A stretch of DNA of 64,000 nt. Source: Eledone cirrhosa. Its lineage: Eukaryota. The notes under the pieces were generated by a model. The model saw only the letters and a list, made by a program, of their open reading frames with translations, was not told the DNA's origin and ran no database searches. The position numbers and the translations under genes are program-made. The stretch is taken from positions 352,470,001 through 352,534,000 of the forward strand of contig OZ024743.1 of the NCBI GenBank assembly GCA_964016885.1, read 5' to 3'. Shown piece after piece: positions 1-22,625 of this stretch (position 1 is its first letter; each line of letters opens with the position of its first letter).

Positions 1-7992
<7,992 letters not shown>

Positions 7993-8142
7993 AATAATAA
8001 TAAATTTGAAGACTAAAATCCGTTATTTTAATAAATATATATATATATATGTATATATATTACATATATAAATATATATATAATGTATATATATATATAT
8101 AAATTATATATATACATATATATTACATATATTACATATAGT

Positions 8143-8200
8143 GAAGGCGCATGGCTTAGTGGTTAGAGCATTGGGCTTGCAATCGAAAGGTTGTGAGTTC
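8143..8200 (+). mobile_element. tRNA-derived SINE head fragment (family A)
   Basis: A-box TGGCTTAGTGG and a partial B-box GAGTTC; matches the head of the copy at 59903. Confidence 0.7.
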
Positions 8201-8382
8201 ACTGGCATAATTGCTGGCCTTGTGCCAAAAGTAATAACAATTATATATATTATATATATAAATATTATATATATATATATCATATATATACATATATATT
8301 ACATATATATTATATAGATATATATATTATATATATATTAGATATATATTAGATATATATATATTATATATATATTATATAT

Positions 8383-8540
8383 GTAGAGGGTCGGACGCGA
8401 TGCTTTGACGCATAGAATTACGGCCCTTGCCATTCTGAGTTCAAATCCCGCCGAGGTTAACTTTGCCTTTCATCCTTACGGGGTCGATAAAATAAAGTAC
8501 CAGTAATGCACTGGGTAATTGTGCCAAAAGTAGAAAGAAT
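8383..8540 (+). mobile_element. tRNA-derived SINE, family B (Meta-domain-like)
   Basis: B-box GAGTTCAAATCC followed by GCCTTTCATCCTTACGGGGTCGATAAAATAAAGTACC, which recurs many times in the window. Confidence 0.75.
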
Positions 8541-8699
8541 ATATATATAAATATTATATATATATGTATATATATTATATATATATAATATATATTATAT
8601 ATTATATTATTATATATTATATATATATATATTTATTATATGCATATATATATTATATACATACCCCCCCCCACACACACATATGTATATATATATATT

Positions 8700-8766
<67 letters not shown>

Positions 8767-8877
8767 TATTTTCCGTTGTGTTGTATTATAAATATTACAC
8801 ACAGTAGATTATCAGCTCACGTAGAGTTTGCTCGACGGTTCCAGTTGTAGTTCCAAAAGTAATCCGGAGAAAAATAG

Positions 8878-9062
8878 AAAGATTTGAATGGATACAGTTT
8901 AGTTGAAAGGAATTTATTGACACGTGTTTCTATAACAGTTACATAACCTAAAACAGCTGCTATCTACAAACTTTTAGTTATGCAGACATTCAATATTTCA
9001 ATGTTATTATTTACTGTCATTTCATCAGAATAATATTACTGAGGACCTATTTAGTTTTTATA
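8878..9062 (-). repeat. PLE pseudo-LTR, inverted copy of 15132-15316; carries an HHR at 8914-9033 (-)
   Basis: 185-bp reverse complement of 15132-15316, apparently identical by eye. Confidence 0.85.
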
Positions 9063-9596
9063 GAGAATATTAGGAGGGAGGGGTGAAGTTGTTAGAAGAA
9101 TAGTTGAAGGAGTGGTTTTTCGATAGCAGTGAGAATTCTTGGTGGCAGTGAGTAATTAGATTCCCATCTGTTGTTTTGACATTTTTTATTGAATATATTA
9201 TTGGTTATTTTTCTAAATCTATAGAAGGATTAGAGATAGTAAAGATATGTGTGGTTGGTTTTGTGTTTGCACTTAATTAACATTCAGACTTAAATTTTTC
9301 TTTCAAGTGTACGTATCCTTTCACCCACGCATTCACACACAAATATATTTGCACACCTCTACAAAATACATATACTCACAATTCACATATTCATACTTAC
9401 ATATATATACACATGTATACACATATATATACACACATGTATTCATGTACATACATACGCGCTCATGTGTATACATTTTCATACTCAACTTATCTTTATA
9501 TACACACGTATAGACACACACATATATACGTACTTACTCTAGTCCATGTGTACACACATACACATACATACACATCTATATACACATATATACATA

Positions 9597-9668
9597 CATA
9601 TGATGGCTGCCCCCTCGTTATCGAGTATGGCCATTGCACAATAAAAAAAAAAAAAAAAAAAAAAAAAA

Positions 9669-9719
<51 letters not shown>

Positions 9720-9746
9720 AAAAAAAAAAAAAAAAAAAAAGGGAAA

Positions 9747-9801
<55 letters not shown>

Positions 9802-9903
9802 CACATATATATACACACACACATACATACACATACATACATATATACACACACACATACATACACATACACTCACACATATATACACACATACATTAAT
9901 AAC

Positions 9904-9943
<40 letters not shown>

Positions 9944-10022
9944 GCAATAATAATAATAACGACAACAACAATAGTAATATACATATTCATATATATATAC
10001 ACACACACGCACGCACATAAGC

Positions 10023-10060
<38 letters not shown>

Positions 10061-13000
10061 GATAGCAACTAACAGTGCTGCGATCGAATGTGGCTTTTTA
10101 GCCCAGCCAATGATCTAAAATGTCTTGCACAGAGTCGGCAACCAAAACATTTACTGGGAATAGTCGGCTGTGGTTGGAGTTCGTGTACTTTTGCATGTCG
10201 CTTGAGTCCTCCTGCTGATTTACATTCTCTACCACATGTTTGGCAAGCATGATGAGTAGCATCTCCAACAGCAGCCTGGTAGTCAACCACTGGTCTTACT
10301 TTATGACTGCGAAGATGACTTTCGAGTCCAGCTTTGCTTAGGCAGAGTCTCGCACAGACGCTGCATGTCAGAAACATAGGAGGACCCTCGCCGTCTGGAA
10401 GTGCAACAGCAATACCCTTCCTCACGTCCCGCTTTACTTTCTCGTGTGCGATTCGAGATGCCTCAAAGGCAACTTTTCCCTCATATACAGTCTTTCTCCA
10501 TTTATTACGATCAGCAGCAATATTTTCCCATGTATCAGCAGAGATGTTAGCGTCTTTCAGAGAGGCCTTCAAGGAATCCTTATACCTCTTTTTTGGTTTA
10601 TGTGGCGGTCGTTTTCCTTTAACCAACTCTCCATAGAAGAGTTGTTTTGGTATTCTAGAATCCTTCATCCTGGCAAGGTGACCACTCCAACGGAGTCGCT
10701 GCTTAAGCACAAGAGCTTCTATACTGTCACACATAGAGCTTTCCAAAATCTCGACATCACTGATGTGGTCCCTCCAGTGAACGCCATGGATCCGTCTGAG
10801 ACACATCTGATGGAAACGCTCCAATTGCTTAAGGTGGCGTCGATATGTGACCCAGGTCTCGCAGGCATAAAGAAGACAAGAGAGTACACATGCCCTGTAC
10901 ACCTTTACCTTTGTCCTCCTGCATATGTCTCGCCGACCCCAGAGTCGCCTTTCTAGCTTTCCGAAAGCATCACTTGCTTTCCTAATCCTAAGTGAGATTT
11001 CACTGTCAAGGTTGCCGTATCGATTGACAGTGCTTCCCAGGTAGACAAACTGATCAACCACTCCAAGTCGTTTGCCATACACATAGATGTTTGGTTCAGT
11101 GTACTGCCTACCAGGTGCAGGTTGGTACATGGCGACGGTTTTCTTGAGACTGACAGTCAAACCCAGGGCAGTGCAAGCGTCAGAAAATACATTCAAAATG
11201 TGCTGCATATCACTCTCTGTGTGCGCTACAAGATCGCAATCATCTGCATACAAGAGGTCTCTTATGACTGATGTAAATACTTTTGTCTTCGCAGCAAAGC
11301 GCCTGATGTTAAATATGCTGCCTGAGGTTCGATATCGGATGTAAACACCATGCTCGCAATTCCTGAATGCAATACAGAAAACCATTGCAAAGTATATGGC
11401 AAACAGGGTCGGTGCTGGAATATCCCCCTGTTTCACTCCATTTTTTACTGAGATAGGCTCCGACATGTTACCTCCGACATTAACCCAAGCCTTCATGTCG
11501 TCATGGAAAGACCTAACTAAAGCAAGGAACTTATCAGGGCAACCAAGTTTCTGGAGAACCTTCCATAATGCATCTCTGTTGACAGTATCGAAAGCCTTTG
11601 TCAGATCGACAAAAACCTGATACAGATCCAAGCCCTGTTCAATGCACTTCTCCTGGAGCTGTCTAGCTGAGAAGATCATATCAGTAGTGCCGCGTCCAAC
11701 ACGAAAACCAGATTGACTTTCAGGAAGGACACAATCTGCAATGTGTGTCAGCAGACGGTCCAGAAGCACCCTACATAAAACTTTCCCCACGACAGAAAGC
11801 AATGATATACCTCTGTAGTTCCCACAATCATTCCTGTTACCTTTTCCCTTGTACAAGACCACCATTACTGCATCTCTCCAGTCCTCAGGCACGGATTCAT
11901 TAGCCCATATCCCTCCAAACAGAGAGTGAAGATGTTGCAGGAGTCTCTCACCACCATATTGTAGGAGCTCAGCATGTATGCCATCCATACCTGGAGATCT
12001 TCCACTGTTCAGCTTCGAAATAGCCACTGCAACCTCCACAAGTGTCGGAGGTTCTGCGAGAGCTACTTTCACAGGACTTTCCGGAATGAGATTGAGGAAA
12101 TCTTCACTGACGACAGACGGCTGATTCAAAAGATCATCAAAGTGCTCTCGCCACCTTCGTAGAATTCCCTGTGAGTCACGAAGAAGTTCTTTGCCATCCC
12201 TGCTGCGAATCGGTGTCACCAGAGAAGAAGACGGTCCATAAACCTCACGCAAGAGACTGTACAACAGCTTTGTGTTATTGCAATCAGACGCAGTTTGTAT
12301 CTCACCAGCCTTCTCACTCCACCACTGATCCTTCATCTGAGAAAGACTCCGCCTAACACGTGATTTTACATCCCTGAGCTCCTCATGCAACGTATTCCTC
12401 TCCTGTGGTTTTGCCGTCAAGTAGCGTGACAGAGCGCGCCTCTTATCAGCCAACAAGTCATCTATATGCACATCTTTCTCATTAAACCAGTCCTGATGTT
12501 TTCTCTGCACCAATCCCAGAACACGTCTGCCTACATCATAAACCGACTTTTTAAGGGTCGGCCAATCCTCACCAAGATCTGCAGCCTGCATCTCTTCTTC
12601 CAATGTCCTCTTCACATTTTTATCCTTAAGACGAGCAGCATTCAATCTTTTGGGCAGGGTAACACCAGGAGCCCGAATTTTACGTTTGGTGATTAGATTC
12701 ACTTTTGCGCGTACCAGGCGGTGGTCCGTCCAGCACTCAGCTCCACGAAGAACACGAACACACTGCACATCCTGTCTGTCACGCATCCTGACTAGGACGT
12801 AGTCCAAAAGATGCCATTCCTTAGATGCAGGATGCATCCATGTGGTCTTGAATTTGTTCTTTTGTTGGAACATGGTGTTGGTAACACACAGATCCAGCTC
12901 CTCACACATCTGCAGCAAGAGCATACCATTGCTGTTACACTTTCCCACCCCATGCCTTCCGATTACATTCCATGTGTTAAAATCCCTACCCACTCTAGCA

Positions 13001-13623
13001 TTAAAGTCACCAAGCACGATGACTTTGTCTGCCTGAGGGATATTTCTTAAAACACCTTTCAAGGCATGGTAAAAGGACAGTTTTTCTTCATCGACAGAAT
13101 TCATAGTTGGAGCATACACACTCACCAGGGTAGCATATCTTCCCTTGTCCAGCGGAACTCTCATGGACATAAGACGCTCACTAATCCCCACTGGGAATTC
13201 TTCTAATTTATTCACCAGTACAGTCTTAACAGCAAATCCTACCCCAGCCTCTCTTCTGGTTCCTTCATCTCTTCCTTTCCAGAAGAATGTATATTCTCCA
13301 CAAAATTCCGTAAGATGACCATCTCCAGCTAACCTCGTCTCAGACAAAGCCACGATGTCAAGATCGTAACGTCGAAGCTCCTTCGCAACAAGAGCGGTCC
13401 TTCGTTCAGGACGCTCCAAAGAATCCCTGTCAAGCAGCGTCCGTACGTTCCAGCAGCCAAGACTAAATGCCCTGTTTGGCTCTATTACAATGGCACGATG
13501 ACGGGCGGGCCCAGGTTGTGATAACTTGGGGCCCCTGCCCTTATTGCCAATGATCTTTTTTGTTCCAGAACCCAAATTGGCAATTATCTCGTTTACATTG
13601 TTCTGGGACATCATTGAATTGGG

Positions 13624-13654
<31 letters not shown>

Positions 13655-13659
13655 TAATA

Positions 13660-13694
<35 letters not shown>

Positions 13695-14000
13695 ACACTA
13701 TTAATAATTATTAATGCACTCGTGCAATGCCTGTGCGTGACGAATATTTTTAAAGTGAGGAAAGACTGTGCACTGAACCAATCCCACTCTCTGAGCGACA
13801 GTAGCTATAACCCGAAAAGAAGAAAAGATCAACATCATCGGTAACTACTGAGCCGCAGGTTTTATATCGGAGTTAACCCAGTTTCCTGAGATGCCTTCTC
13901 CTAGAAGAATACCCTGACATGGGCTAGGGGTTCTTCACTCCCAGTGGTTTAACTGCGCGATCGGGCATCCAGCCCGATTATTTCTATGTCCCCGCGCAAA
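9597..14000 (-). mobile_element. Probably full-length RTE-clade LINE (ends approximate)
   Basis: Contains the intact EN-RT ORF. The 9600-9640 segment looks like an RTE 3' end separated from the ORF by microsatellites. Unique sequence at 13720-14000 is the putative 5' UTR. Confidence 0.7.
10069..13614 (-). CDS. RTE-clade LINE ORF: APE endonuclease, reverse transcriptase and three C2H2 zinc fingers (1181 aa, uninterrupted)
   Basis: APE motifs WNVRTL, DIVALSETRL, GDFNARVG, LLDYVLV, TDHRLV. RT motifs NYRGISLL, FVDLTKAFDTV, GVKQGD, YADD, YLGS. Three C-terminal CxxC...H..H motifs. Confidence 0.95.
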   Translation of the reverse strand: MMSQNNVNEIIANLGSGTKKIIGNKGRGPKLSQPGPARHRAIVIEPNRAFSLGCWNVRTLLDRDSLERPERRTALVAKELRRYDLDIVALSETRLAGDGHLTEFCGEYTFFWKGRDEGTRREAGVGFAVKTVLVNKLEEFPVGISERLMSMRVPLDKGRYATLVSVYAPTMNSVDEEKLSFYHALKGVLRNIPQADKVIVLGDFNARVGRDFNTWNVIGRHGVGKCNSNGMLLLQMCEELDLCVTNTMFQQKNKFKTTWMHPASKEWHLLDYVLVRMRDRQDVQCVRVLRGAECWTDHRLVRAKVNLITKRKIRAPGVTLPKRLNAARLKDKNVKRTLEEEMQAADLGEDWPTLKKSVYDVGRRVLGLVQRKHQDWFNEKDVHIDDLLADKRRALSRYLTAKPQERNTLHEELRDVKSRVRRSLSQMKDQWWSEKAGEIQTASDCNNTKLLYSLLREVYGPSSSLVTPIRSRDGKELLRDSQGILRRWREHFDDLLNQPSVVSEDFLNLIPESPVKVALAEPPTLVEVAVAISKLNSGRSPGMDGIHAELLQYGGERLLQHLHSLFGGIWANESVPEDWRDAVMVVLYKGKGNRNDCGNYRGISLLSVVGKVLCRVLLDRLLTHIADCVLPESQSGFRVGRGTTDMIFSARQLQEKCIEQGLDLYQVFVDLTKAFDTVNRDALWKVLQKLGCPDKFLALVRSFHDDMKAWVNVGGNMSEPISVKNGVKQGDIPAPTLFAIYFAMVFCIAFRNCEHGVYIRYRTSGSIFNIRRFAAKTKVFTSVIRDLLYADDCDLVAHTESDMQHILNVFSDACTALGLTVSLKKTVAMYQPAPGRQYTEPNIYVYGKRLGVVDQFVYLGSTVNRYGNLDSEISLRIRKASDAFGKLERRLWGRRDICRRTKVKVYRACVLSCLLYACETWVTYRRHLKQLERFHQMCLRRIHGVHWRDHISDVEILESSMCDSIEALVLKQRLRWSGHLARMKDSRIPKQLFYGELVKGKRPPHKPKKRYKDSLKASLKDANISADTWENIAADRNKWRKTVYEGKVAFEASRIAHEKVKRDVRKGIAVALPDGEGPPMFLTCSVCARLCLSKAGLESHLRSHKVRPVVDYQAAVGDATHHACQTCGRECKSAGGLKRHAKVHELQPQPTIPSKCFGCRLCARHFRSLAGLKSHIRSQHC

Positions 14001-14269
14001 AAAAAAAAAAAAAAAAAAAATTACTTATTGACACTTATACGTACGACATACACACACACGCATACATATGCGTGCACACAGCAACACTCACACACACAAC
14101 AAACACACACACACGCTACTCTACTCACTTACACGCACACACACACATATATATATATATATTACCGTCATTACTGATACAAGATTACCAGATTATGTCA
14201 ACTGTTGACTTTCAAGAGTTTGTATAGTTGAAGCCGATCGTATTACAGTCCAGTATTACTATAATTGCT

Positions 14270-14372
14270 TTACAGCATAGAGTTATGGCTCTCCACGGAG
14301 TCAACAAAAGAGAGTACCAGTGATGCGCTGGCCAGTCGCTGGATCCGTGCCAAAAGCAGAAAAATTATTATT
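14270..14372 (+). mobile_element. Degenerate SINE family B fragment
   Basis: GTACCAGTGATGCGCTGG...GTGCCAAAAGCAGAAAAATTATT resembles the 3' half of 8383-8540. Confidence 0.5.
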
Positions 14373-14457
14373 AAAGTTGTTCTTAAGGTCGCTGGTGATG
14401 GTGATGGCGACGGCGGTGGCGGTGGTGGTGGTGGTGGCAGTTGATGTTGTTGTTCTG

Positions 14458-14508
<51 letters not shown>

Positions 14509-14692
14509 GTTATTTTGAGTTTTTTTTTTTTTCCTTTCTTTTTTTTTTTTTTTTTTTTTTTTCCTCCTTTTTTTTTTTTTTTTTTTTTTCCCCTTCCCTT
14601 TTCTTTTTCCTTCCTTTTTTATGTTTTGATGCCGCTGTTGTTGTTGTTGTTGTAATTGTTGTAATTGTTGTAATATACATACATATACATAC

Positions 14693-14801
<109 letters not shown>

Positions 14802-15131
14802 TATATACATATATATATACATATATATATACATATATATATAAGCACTATAATACATGAATACACTTACATCTAACTATACACATCAAACATATATATA
14901 TATTTACTTATTTATATACATTTTCACATATATATACATACTTATGGACGTTTTTAGACACATTCATTATCGCATATTTGCACCTATTCTCATCAGCATA
15001 TCTTTCCATTATTAGTGTGGTAATTTAAGGTTATTAATATATGTTGAGAAGAGATTGTTTTTATATTTTTCTAACTAGATTAAGGTTTATATAGTTGGGG
15101 GATGTCCCTCTTTTATGTAATATTCGGCTTG

Positions 15132-15412
<281 letters not shown>

Positions 15413-15429
15413 TAATTATATATATATAA

Positions 15430-16160
15430 ATATAATTGGAAATTTAGTAAAATCGAATCTCTGGCGGTTTGCAAGCAAATTCGGCCTACTTATATGAAAT
15501 GATGAATTAGCAAAGCACTCGATAAGTTAGGTCCTTAGAGTAATAACATACGTTTAAATAGCTTGACAAATCGAACATTGTGGTAGGCAAAATCTAACAC
15601 ACAATAATATACCAAAGTAATGATAGAACTAACAGGTTGAGAAAAATACACCTGGACAAATCAAACGATTATACGTTTAAAGTGTTTCTTTGAATCCGAA
15701 ATCAAATATCAGACTTACGTGACTGGTAAGCTCGTGGTATTCATGATCGAACGGAGGATTCAGTTTTTCAACAGGCATTTCGTTCTACCCAGAACAGGGG
15801 TGATAGGCTAAATGTAGCTGCTAAATGCTGCGTATCGTATCTATAGTTGTCACGTGTAAATTCCAGCAAGGGAAATAACCCCCGGTTTTTGGCGGTTTAT
15901 TCAAAATGTTAGACAAAGGAAATATTTTAATTTCCGCTAATCATCATGATAAGCCGTCGACTAGATGTTATAAAACAAACACAAATAATTAACCAATCAA
16001 CACAATTGTCTAATTAAATTAATTAGTTAATTATTAAATCTAGGAGAATAATATAATTGGAAATTTAGTAAAATCGAATCTCTGGCGGTTTGCAAGCAAA
16101 TTCGGCCTACTTATATGAAATGATGAATTAACAAAGCACTCGATAAGTTAGGTCCTTAGA
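15430..16160. repeat. ~110-bp direct repeat (15430-15539 and 16051-16160)
   Basis: TATAATTGGAAATTTAGTAAAATCGAATC...GTTAGGTCCTTAGA is duplicated with few differences. Confidence 0.85.
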
Positions 16161-16251
16161 ACAATAACAAGAAATCAAGCCAGAATCAGTTCCTGTCCCA
16201 CACTTGCAAGCAGGGAGAAGCGGACGTAAAATGATGATGATGATGATGATG

Positions 16252-16303
<52 letters not shown>

Positions 16304-16569
16304 ATAAAACATGTCTATAGAATCACCAGATAAAACATATACCATTTCCTCTCCCAATTAGCATAATTAACTATATAAAAAAATCGAATAGACCAGGCTA
16401 TAAGAATAAGGCTTCTGTGAAGAAATCTCCAACAAATAACCGAAACTAGCCCTTCGCGTCGGCCGCAACGGAATATTTATCGAATATTTCGACAGCGTAA
16501 TCGCCCAGATACAGTCAATTAAACAGAATTAGGTGTAAAATAAACTAGGAGAAAATAGAATACATTTAA

Positions 16570-16649
16570 ACACCTCTACCATGGTTTCGTCCGCGTTTTG
16601 AGATTTCCAATAATTATGTAACTCGAGCATCGGACTCTTCAGGAGATAT
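16570..16649 (-). ncRNA. Type I HHR (PLE pseudo-LTR type)
   Basis: Minus strand ATCTC-CTGAAGA-GTCCG...CGGAC-GAAA-CCATGG-TA-GAGGT; palindromic stem III ACCATGGT, GUA site. Confidence 0.8.
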
Positions 16650-17193
16650 GCTCTGATCCAGACACTAAATTTTCCAAAGTGATCGCGCCAAGAATTCATT
16701 CAAAATGGCTAAGAATCGTGACGTAGCAGCGGTCAGGTTGGAAGGGGTGTGGTAGTTGCTTACGGCTGGTGGCTTTTTTGCTAGAAAGCACAGCACAATA
16801 CAGCCAAATGTGTATCTCAACCTAATGGGAGATTATTACATATAAAAGTTTACATATATATATACATACATACATATACGTGTTTTGCAACGGGTCACTT
16901 TGTGGCTTAATGAAAATTTAATAAATTAAATAATCAAAGCTATATATCATAAAACATGTCTATAGAATCACCAGATAAAATATATACCATTTCCTCTCCC
17001 AATTAGCATATATAAACCTGCATATATAAACCTGCCAGATAGTCCTATATAAGCGAGACATGGTCACCCGACCAACCTTGCCTCAAGTGGAGCAACTCCC
17101 GTCTAACCCATGCTAGCGTGGAAGATGGACGTTAAGCGAGGATGATGATGATGATTATACATATATATCATACATATATATTATATATATATA

Positions 17194-17287
<94 letters not shown>

Positions 17288-17341
17288 CGTTTCTGAATTT
17301 GTTTAGCAAGATTCTTTATCTGAAAACGTGTGTTGAAACCG

Positions 17342-18711
<1,370 letters not shown>

Positions 18712-18717
18712 TTCAAA

Positions 18718-20358
18718 ATATTAACAAAATAAACATTCTTGTGATCAAGTATATTTTATTATACATATTTCAGAGGTACTGAGTTAGCTTCAACAGTACG
18801 TCCTCATAAGATAAAATAAGATGATGCATGACATATCCTGACATAGATGGTTAAGATTCAGTCATGGTAGTGAGTAATATATGATAAAACTCAATATTTA
18901 TATACCTTAATATTGAGAATATGAGAAAAATATATAATACATACAATAGAGAGGGTGCCTGTGAGAAAGCTTAAAAAATACTTGGCAGCAATATAACTGT
19001 TAAATAATTTAAATTACTGAAGAAAGAGGAAAGAAAAGAAAATCATAGAGGAAGAAACAGATTAGGGGATAATATAGTTAGTAGGAGCCTAGAAAAACAA
19101 AAGAGAGTTGATTACAGAGAGAGAGATAAAGAGGAATAATTTATGTTCAAGTCTTTAGACAATTATCTATATATACAATATATATCTAAACATATCTGGT
19201 TGACCGTTAACATTCAAAATATTTAATTTAAGTTAGTTCAGAGTAATGAATAATATTTTAGGTTTTAAAAGTTAATAGGTATGTGTATTAATATTAAAGT
19301 ATACTATTAAATTTAATTTCTAAAATCAAATTTTATGAAATCAAATTTAAAGGATTTACAAACACGAGAAAGAAAACAATGTTTTTACAACCTCACGAAG
19401 GTAAACTTTACCAAATTTATTATTTAATATTGACAACAGTTTATATAATATAATTTAGAAAATAATTACAGTTATAATTTTTAAAGAATTTATTATTAAC
19501 AATTTGAGTGCCTAAAGAATCAACAGGCCTTATAATTAAACTTAAAATGGTCTGAATTTTAAATTACATATATGCATTTATCAAAAGAATACACAAAGAT
19601 TATATTGTCTAAAGACTTAAGATGATACCTCTCAAATATACATAACATAATACAATATAGTAAATAAGTTACTGAAAATATTGTTAAAAATTAATGTTTT
19701 AGATCAATTATTGTAATAGGATCATTTAATAGATATATACTATAAATATAGAAGTCAAAACTTCATGATTCCTAAGGATAAGGACTAGATACAAAATAAA
19801 ATGTGAAAAATAATGAATTGTTTGCGAAACATAAAAATGCCCAATATTAAAAAATATAGTTTAAAATGCAAGAGGGTTTGTATTATATAGTAGACAAACG
19901 ACACTTCTAAAATGTCCAGCGAAGATGATAGAAAGAGGAGCTAAGGATTTGAATGACCCGCAGGTAATCTAAATTTAATTAAAATAAATTAAATTAAATT
20001 AAGTAATAATCGTTATATAATTTAGAACATTAAGGAAATATCTAACACTTATAACAATAGAGAGTCATTTGAGTATCTAAATTATTTATAAATGTAACTA
20101 CGAGCATGTTATTACACTAGATAAACAAAATTGTTCAAATATATAGAGAGAGTATTATAGGTATTAGTGAAACGATATACATATAATAAATAAATAATTA
20201 CAATCATTATTAGTAATGTTATAATTGTAGTTTTACCTCCAGTTCAGTGGAAAGAGAGACCAATATTTGTCGACTAGTATATATGTATACTAGTATATAC
20301 CTCTGAAATATGTAAAATAAAATATACTTGATCACAAGAATATCTATTTTGTTAATAT
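18718..20358. mobile_element. Degraded PLE-like insertion bounded by ~60-bp inverted repeats within (TA)n
   Basis: 18718-18778 is the reverse complement of 20298-20358 (CTGAAATATGTA..AATAAAATATACTTGATCACAAGAAT). The left copy has a degenerate HHR-like core. Confidence 0.5.
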
Positions 20359-20386
20359 ATATATATATATATATATAGTAATAATA

Positions 20387-20471
<85 letters not shown>

Positions 20472-20526
20472 AATATATATATATATATATATATATACTT
20501 ACTATATATATATATATATTAATACT

Positions 20527-20560
<34 letters not shown>

Positions 20561-20634
20561 TTACTATATATATATATACATAGTAAGTATATATATATAT
20601 ATATATATATATATGCATATATATATAGAATAAG

Positions 20635-20666
<32 letters not shown>

Positions 20667-20823
20667 TTGGAGCTCTGAAATAGCAATGTATATATGAATG
20701 TATATATAATGTATTTTGCAATACACTTTATGCTTAATTAAAAGCATTTTGAAGACCGTATGCTATTGTTTTAGAGTAGTGACAAACTCACTTACTTTAA
20801 TCTCAGCGAACAGGGGGAGATAA

Positions 20824-20868
20824 AGCCGACAAGGCCTTGTTTCGCATTTGTTTATGCTTATCAAGGCT
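20824..20868 (-). ncRNA. Type I HHR, U3-A8 core variant
   Basis: AGCC-TTGATAA-GCAT-AAACAA-ATGC-GAAA-CAAGGCCTTG-TC-GGCT; all three stems pair perfectly, GUC site. Confidence 0.75.
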
Positions 20869-21162
20869 AACTACTCCTCCCTGTCTACTGAGATCACTGA
20901 TGTTATATTCTTATAGAATTCTAGTAAATAATCAGGGACTGATTATACAGAGCGGTTGCCGGTCAGGCAGAAATTAAAAATTAGAATTGGAGCTCTGAAA
21001 TAGCAATATATATATTGGAGCATGGGGTAAGCAAGAAAGTAAGTGTTGGTAAAATCCAGTACTTCAGTATGCGGATAGGGAGCACTTAACGAAGATATAA
21101 GTTCCGGAGTTATAATAGTGACGAAACATAAGTCAATTGCATGAACTCATAATTCTTTATTT

Positions 21163-21218
21163 ACTGCTATATATATTTCGATGATAGCCATTGAATGGCT
21201 ATGACCTCATCAGGCAGT
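21163..21218 (-). ncRNA. Type I HHR (same family as 35472-35526)
   Basis: ACTGC-CTGATGA-GGTCATAGCCA-TTCAA-TGGCTATCATC-GAAA-TATATA-TA-GCAGT. Confidence 0.8.
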
Positions 21219-21366
21219 TAGTCAGTTCTTAAATATGCCAGCTCTGTGTTTATAGTGTTGATGGTATCAGACATATGAGCTTGTTAGGAATAATTTAATG
21301 TTGTCAGCAGGAATAGTCTTAATTCTCATTGGTCAGGTTGTATATATATATATATATATTTGTGTG

Positions 21367-21438
<72 letters not shown>

Positions 21439-21542
21439 ATTACGTAAGTAATTAAATAGCTCTGTACTATACATAGAACACTCTTATTTCCTTTACCTTT
21501 CCTACAGAAATACATGACACACACACATATTCATATATATTC

Positions 21543-21918
21543 ATCATTTTACGTCCCTTTTCCCTGCTTGCACGGGTGGGACGGGAACTGATGGCTTGAT
21601 TTCTACAGCTGGATGCCCTTCCTAACACCAACCTCATTTACAGTGAGTGCTGGGTACTTTTTTTCCGTGGCGCCTACACGTCAACTTTACAGTGAGGGCT
21701 GGGTGCTGCTTTTTTGCCGTGGCACCTCCACGACCACTTTGCAGTGGAACGATAGGGACCTCAGTCCTATCTTCTCATTTCTACAGCTGAGTAAACTGGA
21801 GCAATGTAAAAAATAAAGTGTCTTGCTCAAGGACATAACACATCCCTAATCTGAGAATTGAACTCACAACCTTTCGATTGCAAGGTCAATGCTCTAACCA
21901 CTAAGCCATGTACCTCCA
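21543..21918 (-). mobile_element. tRNA-derived SINE family A with RTE-like tail
   Basis: Reverse complement of 59903-60200, with A/B boxes and a GGACGTAAAATGATGA tail. Confidence 0.85.
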
Positions 21919-22019
21919 TACATATATATATATATACATAAATAAATATACATACATATATATATATATGTATATATATATGTGTGTGTATGTGTGTATG
22001 TGTGTGTAAAAGGTAAACA

Positions 22020-22625
22020 GAAATAACAACACATTCAGTACAGTATATGGAAGGAATATATCAGTTTAACGCTTGTTTAGCAGGAAGAGGGTCTTAACAT
22101 TTCGGACGCTGGTCCTTTACAAAGAATGAGAGACTAGAAGATTGAAAGGACGAACATTTTTTTAAAGAGGAAAATAACAGGTCCGTTCATATTGCCATCT
22201 CTTGGAAAACTGTCAATGCTGGCGTTTTGTGTATGATATACATTTTTTTAAAAAGTGGATGATGGAGTGTGTCTATCTGAAAGGAGAAAAAACGTTTCGT
22301 ATATAGAGCTATACGTGTGCGCATGCGTATACATGTGTATGTGTGCCTGTAAGTATGAAGCTGTCACCTGAGAAACGGAAATGACGGGTGACGGGAGTAT
22401 CCATAATGAGTCGTATGTCCCTCAAATGTTCAGCAAAATGGGCCGCCAAATCGCGTCCTGTTTGTCCGATGTATAAGGACCTGCAAAGAGAACACCGGAG
22501 GGCATAGACTACGTGGGTTGCGGTGCAGGTGAGGGAAGAGCGAATACGAAATGAACAATTGGTGCCTGTGAGGGAGGTGAGATTGGAAATGAAAGGACAG
22601 GTGTTACGGCAGGGACGAAAATAAG
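22020..22625 (-). mobile_element. PLE (Neptune-like) GIY-YIG fragment with decayed pseudo-LTR
   Basis: Minus-strand translation SLTCTATHVVYALRCSLCRSLYIGQTGRDLAAHFAEHLRDIR; degenerate GGAC..GTCCGAAA motif near 22091-22130. Confidence 0.75.

Noticed and set aside
10334-13050. Plus-strand ORFs overlapping the RTE ORF
   Set aside because: Antisense shadows with no recognisable motifs.
13720-14000. Possible HDV-like ribozyme in the RTE 5' region
   Set aside because: I could not fit the P1-P4 nested pseudoknot by eye; it needs a descriptor search.
15675-15722. HHR-like motif on the minus strand (CTGATA-TTTGA..TCAAA-GAAA)
   Set aside because: The core lacks a base and stems I and III do not pair convincingly.
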